DNA of 64,000 nt, taken from assembly GCA_023267215.1 (NCBI GenBank), contig JAHFNS010000002.1, positions 256,892-320,891 on the forward strand, in the 5' to 3' direction. The notes under the pieces are model-generated. The model did no database searches and was not told the origin of the DNA. It worked only from the letters and a program-made list of their open reading frames with translations. Below, one piece after another: positions 19,026 through 27,095 of this stretch (positions are counted from its first letter, which is position 1; every line of letters begins with the position of its first letter). The translations under genes and the position numbers were made by a program. This DNA is from Candidatus Nomurabacteria bacterium (GTDB lineage: Bacteria; Patescibacteriota; Minisyncoccia; Phycocordibacterales; UBA9973).

Positions 19026-20222
19026 TTATTCTTTCACTTCCACATCTTCTCCATCAGTGGAAGCGACTTCTTTGCCCTGGTCGCCTTCGGCGCCGCCAGA
19101 GGCGGGTAAACCGTCACCTTTTATATCTATTCTCCATCCAGTGAGCTTGGCAGCGAGACGGACATTTTGTCCGCCCTTACCTATAGCTAGGGAGAGTTGA
19201 TCGTTGGCGACTTCGATGACAGCTTTATGTTCTTGTTCATTTACTTCAATGGACAAGACTTTTGCTGGAGAAAGGGAATTGGAAATAAATTGTTTTGGAT
19301 CTGTTGACCACGGAATAATATCGATTTTTTCTCCTAGAAGTTCTTGAGTAATTGTATTCACTCTGGTACCTTTTTGCCCGACGCAAGATCCTACTGGGTC
19401 TATATGTTCGTCGTTTGAAAAGACAGCTATCTTTGAACGAGCCCCTGCTTCACGAGCAATGGATTTTATTTCTACTGTGCCATTTTCTATTTCTGGAGCT
19501 TCTATCTCGAAAAGTTTTTGAATAAATTTAGGATGAGTGCGAGAAAGGCGGAGGTTGATTCCTCTTTGGGTATCTTCAACAGAGTATAGATAAGCTCGAA
19601 TACGTTGTCCTCTTTGTAAAAATTCTCCTGGGATTTGTTCTTCAACTGGCAATATTCCTGTAGCTCGATTGAAATCAACATAGACATTTCCTCTTTCTAT
19701 TTTTTGTACGATTCCCGTAACAATTTCTCCTTCTTTAGTGCCATATTCATCTATAATAGAAGTTCTTTCTGCTTCTCGGATTTTTTGAATAATGACTTGT
19801 TTGGCTGTTTGAGCAGCGATTCTTCCATAATCATCTTTAGGTTCAAGAGGGAAGACGACTTCATCATTGAGCTCTACATCTTTTTTTATTTTTTTTGCAT
19901 CTTCGAGCATGATGTGATGTTCAGAATTAAAACGTACACGTTCGTCATTTTCATCTTTTATCGAATACTCTCCTTCCTCGTTTTCTCCTTTTTCTTCAAT
20001 CTTAGAGATAGTTTCATCAACGACAATTTTGATTTGAAAAAAATCTGTTTTACCACTTTCCAAATCAAACTTAGCACGGATGATTTGTCCTTTCTTGCCG
20101 TAGTCTTTTTTATAAGCGGCTGCCATGGCTTGCTCGATGGCATCGATTATTTTTTCTTTTGGAATCTTTTTTTCTTCTTCTAATTGCTCGAGCGCACTCC
20201 TGAATGTTTTTATGTCTAACAT
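19026..20222 (-). CDS. nusA: Transcription factor NusA
   Basis: GRIAAQTAKQVI.QK.REAER, S1 domain, KH (AREAG.RSK, DPVGSCVG, AIGKGGQNVRLA). Confidence 0.97.
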   Translation of the reverse strand: MLDIKTFRSALEQLEEEKKIPKEKIIDAIEQAMAAAYKKDYGKKGQIIRAKFDLESGKTDFFQIKIVVDETISKIEEKGENEEGEYSIKDENDERVRFNSEHHIMLEDAKKIKKDVELNDEVVFPLEPKDDYGRIAAQTAKQVIIQKIREAERTSIIDEYGTKEGEIVTGIVQKIERGNVYVDFNRATGILPVEEQIPGEFLQRGQRIRAYLYSVEDTQRGINLRLSRTHPKFIQKLFEIEAPEIENGTVEIKSIAREAGARSKIAVFSNDEHIDPVGSCVGQKGTRVNTITQELLGEKIDIIPWSTDPKQFISNSLSPAKVLSIEVNEQEHKAVIEVANDQLSLAIGKGGQNVRLAAKLTGWRIDIKGDGLPASGGAEGDQGKEVASTDGEDVEVKE

Positions 20223-20288
20223 AAATTAGGTTTTAGGTTCTAGTTGTTAGGTTTTGATTAACAATAAGGCCTATTTATTAAGTTTTTC

Positions 20289-20340
20289 TAAAAAATAAAA
20301 GCCCTGTTTCGACAGGACTTGTACATATATAAAGATAGCA
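20289..20340 (-). promoter_or_regulatory. nusA promoter with a leader terminator hairpin (candidate attenuator)
   Basis: Minus strand: TGcTATCTT, then aagtcctgt-cgaa-acagggctt-ttatttttt. Confidence 0.6.
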
Positions 20341-20383
20341 CAATTCCCCAGAAATGCAACTTTTTGATATACTTAAACGGCAT

Positions 20384-20881
20384 ATGAAAATCACTGAGAA
20401 AAATACAATGTATGAGGGGAATGAATATATTTGTGAATACGAAGACGTAGATTCTTTTGATAATCTGGATTACTCTTTTTGCAAACAAACTTATGCAGTT
20501 TGTTTATGTGACGGAAAGATGGTGATAGCATATAGAGGAAAAAAGAAAAAATGGGGGCTTATAGGAGGACATATTGAAAAAGGAGAAACTTTTGAACAAA
20601 CATTAAAGAGAGAAATAAAAGAAGAATCAAATATGGAAGTTTTAAAATTTCTTCCAGTTGGATATCAGAAAGCCACGGATACGAGGGACAATAGTTTCGT
20701 TTATCAACTACGTTATGTATGCATTGTTCGTCCGTATGGGCCATTTGTTTCTGACCCTGATGGTTCTATTGTTGAAATTAAATTAATTGATCCGAAAGAT
20801 TATAAAAAATATTTTGATTGGGGAAAAATCGCAGACAGAATAATAGAACGAGCTTTGGAACTAAAAGATAAATTAAAATAA
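20384..20881 (+). CDS. NUDIX hydrolase
   Basis: Nudix box GGHIEKGETFEQTLKREIKEESN. Confidence 0.88.
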   Translation: MKITEKNTMYEGNEYICEYEDVDSFDNLDYSFCKQTYAVCLCDGKMVIAYRGKKKKWGLIGGHIEKGETFEQTLKREIKEESNMEVLKFLPVGYQKATDTRDNSFVYQLRYVCIVRPYGPFVSDPDGSIVEIKLIDPKDYKKYFDWGKIADRIIERALELKDKLK

Positions 20882-21053
20882 ATTTATTTGCTATACTAAA
20901 AATATGTCAGCATATTTTATTAAACACGCCGATGATAAAACTGTTTTACCCTCCAAAGAATTATTAAGTGCAGTGTTTTTATTGGCTATCTAATTTACTC
21001 TTTTTACTTTACCTCTTTCGGGAGATTTTTTGTTATACTTAGTTGTATAGATT

Positions 21054-21953
21054 ATGCCAAAGTTTAGACCTAAAATATCACGTTATGCAAATTTGTATTT
21101 TTTCATTCAAAATTTATCTGAATGGCATTTCTCAAATCGTAAAAAACATAATAAAGAATGGCGTAATGAGTTAGCTTTTTCTGAAAAGGTTGAACTTTGT
21201 TTACAAGAATTTAAAGAGATACATAAAAAATATTCATTTGGTGATGAATATCTTGGACGACCATTTTTTCTTTACGATAATCCATGGTCTATGATAAAAA
21301 CAATTGTTGGCGAAGATGATTATGTTAAAATAAAAAATATTTTTTCAACACTTGAGCCATATTTTAATACTCTTTATATAAAGGATGAAATAATTTTAAA
21401 AAAGTGGGCGATACTCATTTCAGAACCAGAATTTTTGGAAAAGGCTTCTTTTATAAATGAAACCCTTGCGAGTTTTTATGGATGTTCTCTATATAATGAA
21501 GATTGTACAATATATCTATTATTATCTACAAAAGAAAAAAATGGTGGAACATCGGGAACTATAAATGATCATTCTGTCACTCTTGAATTGAGCCAGATAT
21601 CTCTGGAATCAAAAGGACAAGTACTCAAAGTATTATGGCATGAATTGATTCATCTATATTTTAGAAATAACACATTTTATCCTCTTTTGGAAAAGTATAC
21701 AGATAACAACTTAGAAGCTATGGGTAAAATTGACGAGCTCATCGCCTCTTCACTTCTTCCGAATGGTTTATTAAAAGAAAATACAATAACCTTGGTTAAT
21801 GAATCAAAAACCCCTGAAACTTTTAACGCTCGCATTATCTCAGATAAGATTATATTCATTCAAAAATTAATTTATCCATATTTGAAAGAAAAAAGGACTG
21901 TTGATGCGAAACTTGTAGAAAAACTTTGTGTGATATATGGTTACAATAAATAA
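21054..21953 (+). CDS. HExxH-motif protein (putative metallopeptidase or metal-dependent enzyme)
   Basis: LWHELIH plus a downstream DE; convergent with the rSAM/peptide operon. Confidence 0.65.
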   Translation: MPKFRPKISRYANLYFFIQNLSEWHFSNRKKHNKEWRNELAFSEKVELCLQEFKEIHKKYSFGDEYLGRPFFLYDNPWSMIKTIVGEDDYVKIKNIFSTLEPYFNTLYIKDEIILKKWAILISEPEFLEKASFINETLASFYGCSLYNEDCTIYLLLSTKEKNGGTSGTINDHSVTLELSQISLESKGQVLKVLWHELIHLYFRNNTFYPLLEKYTDNNLEAMGKIDELIASSLLPNGLLKENTITLVNESKTPETFNARIISDKIIFIQKLIYPYLKEKRTVDAKLVEKLCVIYGYNK

Positions 21954-21955
21954 AA

Positions 21956-21981
21956 AGAGATGGTAATAAATTACCATCTCT
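21956..21981. terminator. Terminator for the rSAM-peptide operon (U-tract on the minus strand)
   Basis: aaaa-agagatggtaa-taaa-ttaccatctct. Confidence 0.75.
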
Positions 21982-21993
21982 GGACCAGCATTA

Positions 21994-22143
21994 TTAATCA
22001 CTTGGTCCGTCACTATGTCCATTATCCCAATCGTCCCAATCTCCAAATTTAGCAGAACATTCGGTATTGGAAGAGCTATTACTACACTCGCTCATTCGAG
22101 ATAAAGCACCTGCGATTGCTTCTTGGCCTATGTCTTTTTCCAT
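21994..22143 (-). CDS. Putative RiPP precursor peptide (49 aa, not in the ORF track)
   Basis: MEKDIGQEAIAGALSRMSECSNSSSNTECSAKFGDWDDWDNGHSDGPSD; AGGAGG 9 nt before the ATG; double stop; 37 nt downstream of the rSAM gene. Confidence 0.85.
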   Translation of the reverse strand: MEKDIGQEAIAGALSRMSECSNSSSNTECSAKFGDWDDWDNGHSDGPSD

Positions 22144-22180
22144 AGGATGTTTCCTCCTGTGTTGTTTTTGATGAGGTTAA

Positions 22181-23275
22181 TTATGGTGTTGCACTATTTA
22201 CATATGATGATAAATAGTCAAACACCTCCTTCCTTGATTTACAGAAAAAATATTTTCCATTTATATCTCCAACTCTCTGAGCAGTACAACCGTTGTTGCA
22301 TGCATTCTTCTGTTCACATGAAATACAGTCATCTGGTAATTCACGGCTTTTACATATAAAATTTTGCCATTTTTTATCGTGGAAAATTTCTTGCAGAGTC
22401 TGTTTTGTTAAAGTTCCAAAACAAAAATTGCTATCTCCCGACAAACGATCACATGGATATATAGAACCATCATAATTAACAGTATAAAATGTATGACATG
22501 AACCATTAAATGAACAAGTACTTGCACGTTTTTCATACAGACCTGCCAGATAATTATCTATCTCTCTAATACGTAAAGAGTTATCGTTTTTTTTAATCCA
22601 CAGATCAATGTATTTTTTAAAAATCTGAGTGAGCATATCATTAGACAAGCTTTGTCCGCTCATGTGCTTGTTAGATTCTAAAATATCAAGATATGGATTA
22701 ATACCAAAACTATTTAGACCCATATCATCAACGAAGAACTTGAAATCTTCTTCTATACGACAGATATTTGTTTGTGTGATAGTCTGTATCACACTTAATT
22801 TTATGCCATACTTACGAAGTATTTTTATGCCACGTAATGTATTATCAAATGTTCCGTTTCCATTGTGAGTTATGCGGAATTGATTATGACTTTTTGCACT
22901 GCCATCTAAACTTATTCCAACCCTAAAATCATTTTCTTTTAAAAAAGCTGCCCATTTATCCGTAATTAATGTTCCATTAGTTTGTATAGAATTACGAATA
23001 GCTCTATTGGGAGCAATTATTAATTTTTGCAGACGGATTACTTCTTGGAAGAAGTCTAGTCCAGCCAAAATAGGTTCTCCTCCGTGCCATATAAAGGACA
23101 GATTACCGTTTACGATTTTTGTGTGTTGTCTTATAAATGATTCAAGTATTTTTAAATTCATCTTTTTTGGAGATGTTTGATTAAGATGATGGTAAAAACA
23201 ATAGCCACAATTATTATTACAATAATCACCCACAACTTTAATAATTGGGGTAAGGTATAGATTATCAGTTTCCAT
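22181..23275 (-). CDS. Radical SAM/SPASM-domain enzyme (anSME-like, probable peptide maturase)
   Basis: CNNNCGYC, WHGGEP, QTNG, ISLDG; SPASM CSFNGSC...GSIYPCD...CISC-x5-CNNGC...C. Confidence 0.92.
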   Translation of the reverse strand: METDNLYLTPIIKVVGDYCNNNCGYCFYHHLNQTSPKKMNLKILESFIRQHTKIVNGNLSFIWHGGEPILAGLDFFQEVIRLQKLIIAPNRAIRNSIQTNGTLITDKWAAFLKENDFRVGISLDGSAKSHNQFRITHNGNGTFDNTLRGIKILRKYGIKLSVIQTITQTNICRIEEDFKFFVDDMGLNSFGINPYLDILESNKHMSGQSLSNDMLTQIFKKYIDLWIKKNDNSLRIREIDNYLAGLYEKRASTCSFNGSCHTFYTVNYDGSIYPCDRLSGDSNFCFGTLTKQTLQEIFHDKKWQNFICKSRELPDDCISCEQKNACNNGCTAQRVGDINGKYFFCKSRKEVFDYLSSYVNSATP

Positions 23276-23317
23276 TTTATGCTTCCTTCTTTTTAATTTT
23301 CAAATAATGTTTATTTT

Positions 23318-23400
23318 AGTATACCAAATATAAGGTTATTTGTCCATAGGAACGTAGCTAAAATGCCAAAAAAGCTAGTGTTTACGTGGACTTATCCACA
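23318..23400 (-). promoter_or_regulatory. rSAM operon promoter plus a 45-bp upstream element ending in a DnaA box
   Basis: Minus strand TGGACA-17 nt-TATACT; 23356-23400 recurs at 27270-27314 with 1 mismatch. Confidence 0.75.
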
Positions 23401-23469
23401 ATTTTTTATGAGGTAAAAATTATAGAGTATTTGTTCTTGTTTTTTTTGTTTGATTTGATATACTAAAAA

Positions 23470-23526
23470 TACAAATGGACGTAAGTCCTCCGAGAAATCC
23501 CGTCGTAAGACGGGATTTCGCTTTTT
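23470..23526 (+). ncRNA. Candidate small RNA (about 55 nt) convergent with the pemK-like gene
   Basis: TGaTATACT at 23456-23464; hairpins ggac-GTAA-gtcc and gaaatcccgtc-GTAA-gacgggatttc, then a U-run; no plus-strand ORF follows. Confidence 0.55.
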
Positions 23527-23911
23527 ATGGGAGAAATTCTTTTATTTTAAAAGCTATATCTTTAAATTCATTTTCTGAAATATTTTCTATTTTTCGAAGT
23601 AAGCGTTTTGCACTTATTAATCTTATTTGAGAAAGAATCACAAAACTCCCACTAGTTTTTAGTTTATGATGGTATAAATTATTTTTTATCACAGAAGTTA
23701 GAGGTACTATTACAGCGATATCTCTATTGAATTTTTTTAAAATTAAAACTGGTCTTTCAAAATTCTCATTTTTCCCATCTTGTTCATATCCAATATTTAC
23801 ACCTAAAGAACACCACCAGATTTCTCGTTCGTGAAAATAGAATTTTTTTGGTTTCTCTAAAGAATTTGTATTCTTTTTTATTTCGTTCCACTTATCAAAA
23901 TCTTTTTGCAT
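23525..23911 (-). CDS. PemK/MazF-family endoribonuclease toxin, no adjacent protein antitoxin
   Basis: EIWWC.LG.NIG.EQ.GK...RPVLI, VPLTS, SQIR.IS.KRL. Confidence 0.88.
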   Translation of the reverse strand: MQKDFDKWNEIKKNTNSLEKPKKFYFHEREIWWCSLGVNIGYEQDGKNENFERPVLILKKFNRDIAVIVPLTSVIKNNLYHHKLKTSGSFVILSQIRLISAKRLLRKIENISENEFKDIAFKIKEFLP

Positions 23912-24104
23912 ATAAAAATTATATCATAATTTAAATAAATTTTTCCCCATAAATTAGTAAGAGCCGTCATATGATAAATCACAGACGGCTCTATTTTACT
24001 ACCTCAGAACTTACACACATTTTTTATTCCAAAAAAAATTTTAAAAAATTATTAACTAAAAAACAAATTTTTTTATCCTAACAAGACATCTTGCTAGTCT
24101 GTTG

Positions 24105-25028
24105 CTATTTAATCAGCAACATTTTTTTGGTTTCTACTACTACAGATCCTGCTTGGAGTCTGTAGAGGTACATTCCACTTGGTAAATTTGAAGCATTAAA
24201 TGCAACTTCATAATTACCAATTGGTTTGAATTCGTTAACTAATGTTGCAATTTCTTTTCCCAACATATCGTACACCTTAAGTGATACGAATTGCGAGTTA
24301 GGAACAGAAAATTGAATCTTTGTTGCAGGGTTGAATGGGTTAGGATAATTCTGTGACAATTCAAATTTGGAAGGGATATTATTTCCTTCAATTTTTGTTA
24401 TCGACATATTATCAATCACAGTTTTTTTGCCCAAAGAGATGATACTTAAATCATCAAAATCGATTGCGTACATTACATACGTACCTGTTTCAAGGGATAT
24501 ACCCCAAACTTCAATGTAAACTTTATTGAAATTTGGCAATCTCTTTTTGGTGTCCGTCATGTCAATTTTAATCTCCTGCCATTCATTACCTACAGCAGGA
24601 TTTTTGATTGTGATTTGACAGTACGGAGATGAAACATAATGATTGTTGTATTGCAAAGCTATTCTGATCGTTAACTCAGATAGCCCACTTGCACCAGATA
24701 TCCTAGAGAGGAAACTAACAAAATCTGGTGTTTCAAGGTATCCTCCATTTAAACTGAATGTGGATGCCTTAGAAAAATCTTTCGGGTAATTATTTTGTAT
24801 GGAACTTTCGTTCCCTTTTAATGTGGTTTTTCCCTCTCCCACAAATGTTACAAAACCACTACCCAAGACAGACTTTGTGATAAATACGGGGTTTCCGTAA
24901 ATATCATACTCATTCGAGAAACTTCCCCAGCCATTCGCATCAGCTGGGTCAACTCTAATGGTTTGCTGAGCTGTTACCAACCCAACAAAAATTAAAACTA
25001 AAAACAGTGTGTTAAGTAACGTTTTCAT
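24105..25028 (-). CDS. Secreted protein with a T9SS type A C-terminal sorting domain (paralog 1)
   Basis: Signal peptide ending VTA/Q; FELSQNYPNPFNP.T.I, LKVYD.LG.E.ATLV, L.SG.Y.YRL, TKKMLLIK; AAGGAG SD. Confidence 0.88.
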   Translation of the reverse strand: MKTLLNTLFLVLIFVGLVTAQQTIRVDPADANGWGSFSNEYDIYGNPVFITKSVLGSGFVTFVGEGKTTLKGNESSIQNNYPKDFSKASTFSLNGGYLETPDFVSFLSRISGASGLSELTIRIALQYNNHYVSSPYCQITIKNPAVGNEWQEIKIDMTDTKKRLPNFNKVYIEVWGISLETGTYVMYAIDFDDLSIISLGKKTVIDNMSITKIEGNNIPSKFELSQNYPNPFNPATKIQFSVPNSQFVSLKVYDMLGKEIATLVNEFKPIGNYEVAFNASNLPSGMYLYRLQAGSVVVETKKMLLIK

Positions 25029-25202
25029 AACGCTCCTTTTATTTTTTTTATAAATTAAATTGATTACAAAAAAACGGAATATTTTTTCTGTACTTTTGTA
25101 ACCAATTTAAATGTTTGTCAAAGAAATTCTCTATTAATTAGAGAACATATTTAAACCTATGTAAAGCATAGCATAGTTTGGGGCTTTTGTCAATGTCAAG
25201 GA
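24966..25202. repeat. 237-bp direct repeat (promoter, structured leader and signal peptide), copy 1
   Basis: Matches 27033-27269 with one mismatch; contains minus-strand TTGACA-17 nt-TATGCT. Confidence 0.92.
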
Positions 25203-25305
25203 GGTTAAATTCATTAAAAACCCTTATATTTTGGTGAGTTATCCACAAGATTTTTTTAAATACATTTTTAAACTTGACTTTTTGGATATGACTAGAGTAT
25301 AATAT

Positions 25306-25351
25306 GAGGACTAAACGTGAAGGGCATCCTATATGGGTGCCTTTTTCTTTT
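25306..25351 (+). ncRNA. Candidate small RNA (about 45 nt) convergent with the NYN gene
   Basis: TTGACT at 25274, 18-nt spacer, TATAAT at 25298; hairpin ggcatcc-tatat-gggtgcc (G-U pair only on the plus strand) followed by tttttcttt. Confidence 0.55.
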
Positions 25352-25367
25352 AGAGATATTGTTTATT

Positions 25368-26000
25368 TTATTTCATTTTTAATAATTCTCTTAAATATTC
25401 AAAATCTCTAAAATTGCTTCCAGCAAATTGTTTTATTTCTTTTGCTGTTCGTTCACTTCTACTTAATATGATTATTTCTTTTTTATTTTCCTTCAAATAT
25501 TTTAATACAGGTAAAAAATCTCCATCCCCAGACAAAATAATAGCTTTATCAAAATTATCTTTTTCTTTCATTAAATGAAATGCCATATCAACATCACAAT
25601 TTGCTTTTCGTTTTGTTGTACCATCTTCCTGCTCATACATTTTTATTGGTTTTAAATATAAAGAGTATCCAAATTTTAGAAGTTTTAGATAAAAACGTAT
25701 TCTTTGTAAATGTTTACCAATAAGAAATATTTGAGCTTCATTTAAATGTTTAGTTTTGTCTTTTATTAAACTTACTAAATAAGTTTCCAATTTATTTATT
25801 GGAACTGTCTCTTCTTTTTGATAATCATATTGGAAATTATATATTTCAACTCCTCCAAAATAAAAAATAGGACCTACATTATATTTATTTTTTAAATAAT
25901 TAAATAATTTTTCATAATCAATTTTCCAACCAAGAGATTTTTCTCCACCATAAAAAAGATTTGAGGCGTCAATAAAAGCAAAATTATTTTTTCTTTCCAT
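25368..26000 (-). CDS. NYN domain (PIN-like) putative ribonuclease
   Basis: AFIDASN, KANCDVD, ILSGDGDF.P. Confidence 0.88.
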   Translation of the reverse strand: MERKNNFAFIDASNLFYGGEKSLGWKIDYEKLFNYLKNKYNVGPIFYFGGVEIYNFQYDYQKEETVPINKLETYLVSLIKDKTKHLNEAQIFLIGKHLQRIRFYLKLLKFGYSLYLKPIKMYEQEDGTTKRKANCDVDMAFHLMKEKDNFDKAIILSGDGDFLPVLKYLKENKKEIIILSRSERTAKEIKQFAGSNFRDFEYLRELLKMK

Positions 26001-26180
26001 TGATATATTTTATCATAATTTAAATAAAATACCCCTTAAATTAAAAAGAACCTGATGATTAAAAAAAATCATCAGGCTCAAATTATTACTTCAGAACTTA
26101 AAACCATTTTAAAACTCCGAGATTACTCAAAATGAACAATTAATTTTTATTCTAATCAGAATCATCTGGCTAGTCTGTTG

Positions 26181-27095
26181 TTATTTTACTAACGACATTT
26201 TTTTTGTTTGCATAAAGTTACCTGCTTGTAACCTATAGAAATAAGTACCGCTTGATAACTTAAGTTTGCCGGCATCGAATGTTGCTTCGTAAATTCCAGC
26301 AGGTTTTTGCTCGTTGTCAACGAGTGTTGCTACTTCTCTACCTTGTAAATCGTAGACCTTTAATGTAACAGGTCCAGACTCAATTGGTACGAAGTATTGA
26401 ATCTTTGTTGCAGGGTTGAATGGGTTAGGATAATTCTGTGACAATTCAAATTTGAAAGGGATATTATTCCCTTCAATTTTGGTGATCTGAAAATTATCAT
26501 AGACAATCTCATTCCCGAGACTATCTACTCCAATTAAATTTCTTATGTCTATACTTGCTCCGACATATGAAATTTCAGAAGACATGACCCAAAATAAGAA
26601 AGTCATGGAATAGAAATTTTTTATTCTATTTGTCACAGCATCTGTTGGAAGCTTTATTTTCTTCCATCCATCTACCACTGGATTTGTTTCATTCACACTT
26701 ACAGTTTTATTGTAAATAGAATACCCGTCACCAGTAATTTCAAGACCAATAGCAATTTCTGATACATTTCCAACTAATCCAGAAACTCGATAATCAAATC
26801 CGACGTATTTTTGGATTTTTTTAGTTTCAGTTGCAGAAAAAAATCTTTTTTTATAATTGGTCATTAGATATACTTGTCCATTTAAATATGTATTACCAAA
26901 TGTATTGAATGTTTGGTAACCACTTTTAATTTGTGAGTATGTTTTTGAAGCATCATACAACAAGTTACCATGGATATCGTAACCTGGTAGACACTCCCAA
27001 CCATTTACAGCAGTTGCATCTGTTACTTTTGTCTGAGCTGTTACCAACCCAACAAAAATTAAAACTAAAAACAGTGTGTTAAGTAACGTTTTCAT
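26181..27095 (-). CDS. Secreted protein with a T9SS type A C-terminal sorting domain (paralog 2)
   Basis: Same 21-aa N-terminus as paralog 1; FELSQNYPNPFNP, LKVYDLQG.EVATLV, LSSGTYFYRL, TKKMSLVK. Confidence 0.88.
   Translation of the reverse strand: MKTLLNTLFLVLIFVGLVTAQTKVTDATAVNGWECLPGYDIHGNLLYDASKTYSQIKSGYQTFNTFGNTYLNGQVYLMTNYKKRFFSATETKKIQKYVGFDYRVSGLVGNVSEIAIGLEITGDGYSIYNKTVSVNETNPVVDGWKKIKLPTDAVTNRIKNFYSMTFLFWVMSSEISYVGASIDIRNLIGVDSLGNEIVYDNFQITKIEGNNIPFKFELSQNYPNPFNPATKIQYFVPIESGPVTLKVYDLQGREVATLVDNEQKPAGIYEATFDAGKLKLSSGTYFYRLQAGNFMQTKKMSLVK

Noticed and set aside
22181-23275. Plain anaerobic sulfatase maturase annotation
   Set aside because: No sulfatase is in the window and a well-signalled peptide ORF follows directly; not fully excluded without a phylogeny.
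23470-23526. tRNA or ribozyme in the GC-rich hairpins
   Set aside because: Too short, with no cloverleaf or catalytic core I can recognise; kept only as a candidate small RNA.
24311-26480. 85-bp near-identical blocks as a DGR TR/VR pair
   Set aside because: Only two mismatches, both copies lie in coding genes, and no reverse transcriptase is present.
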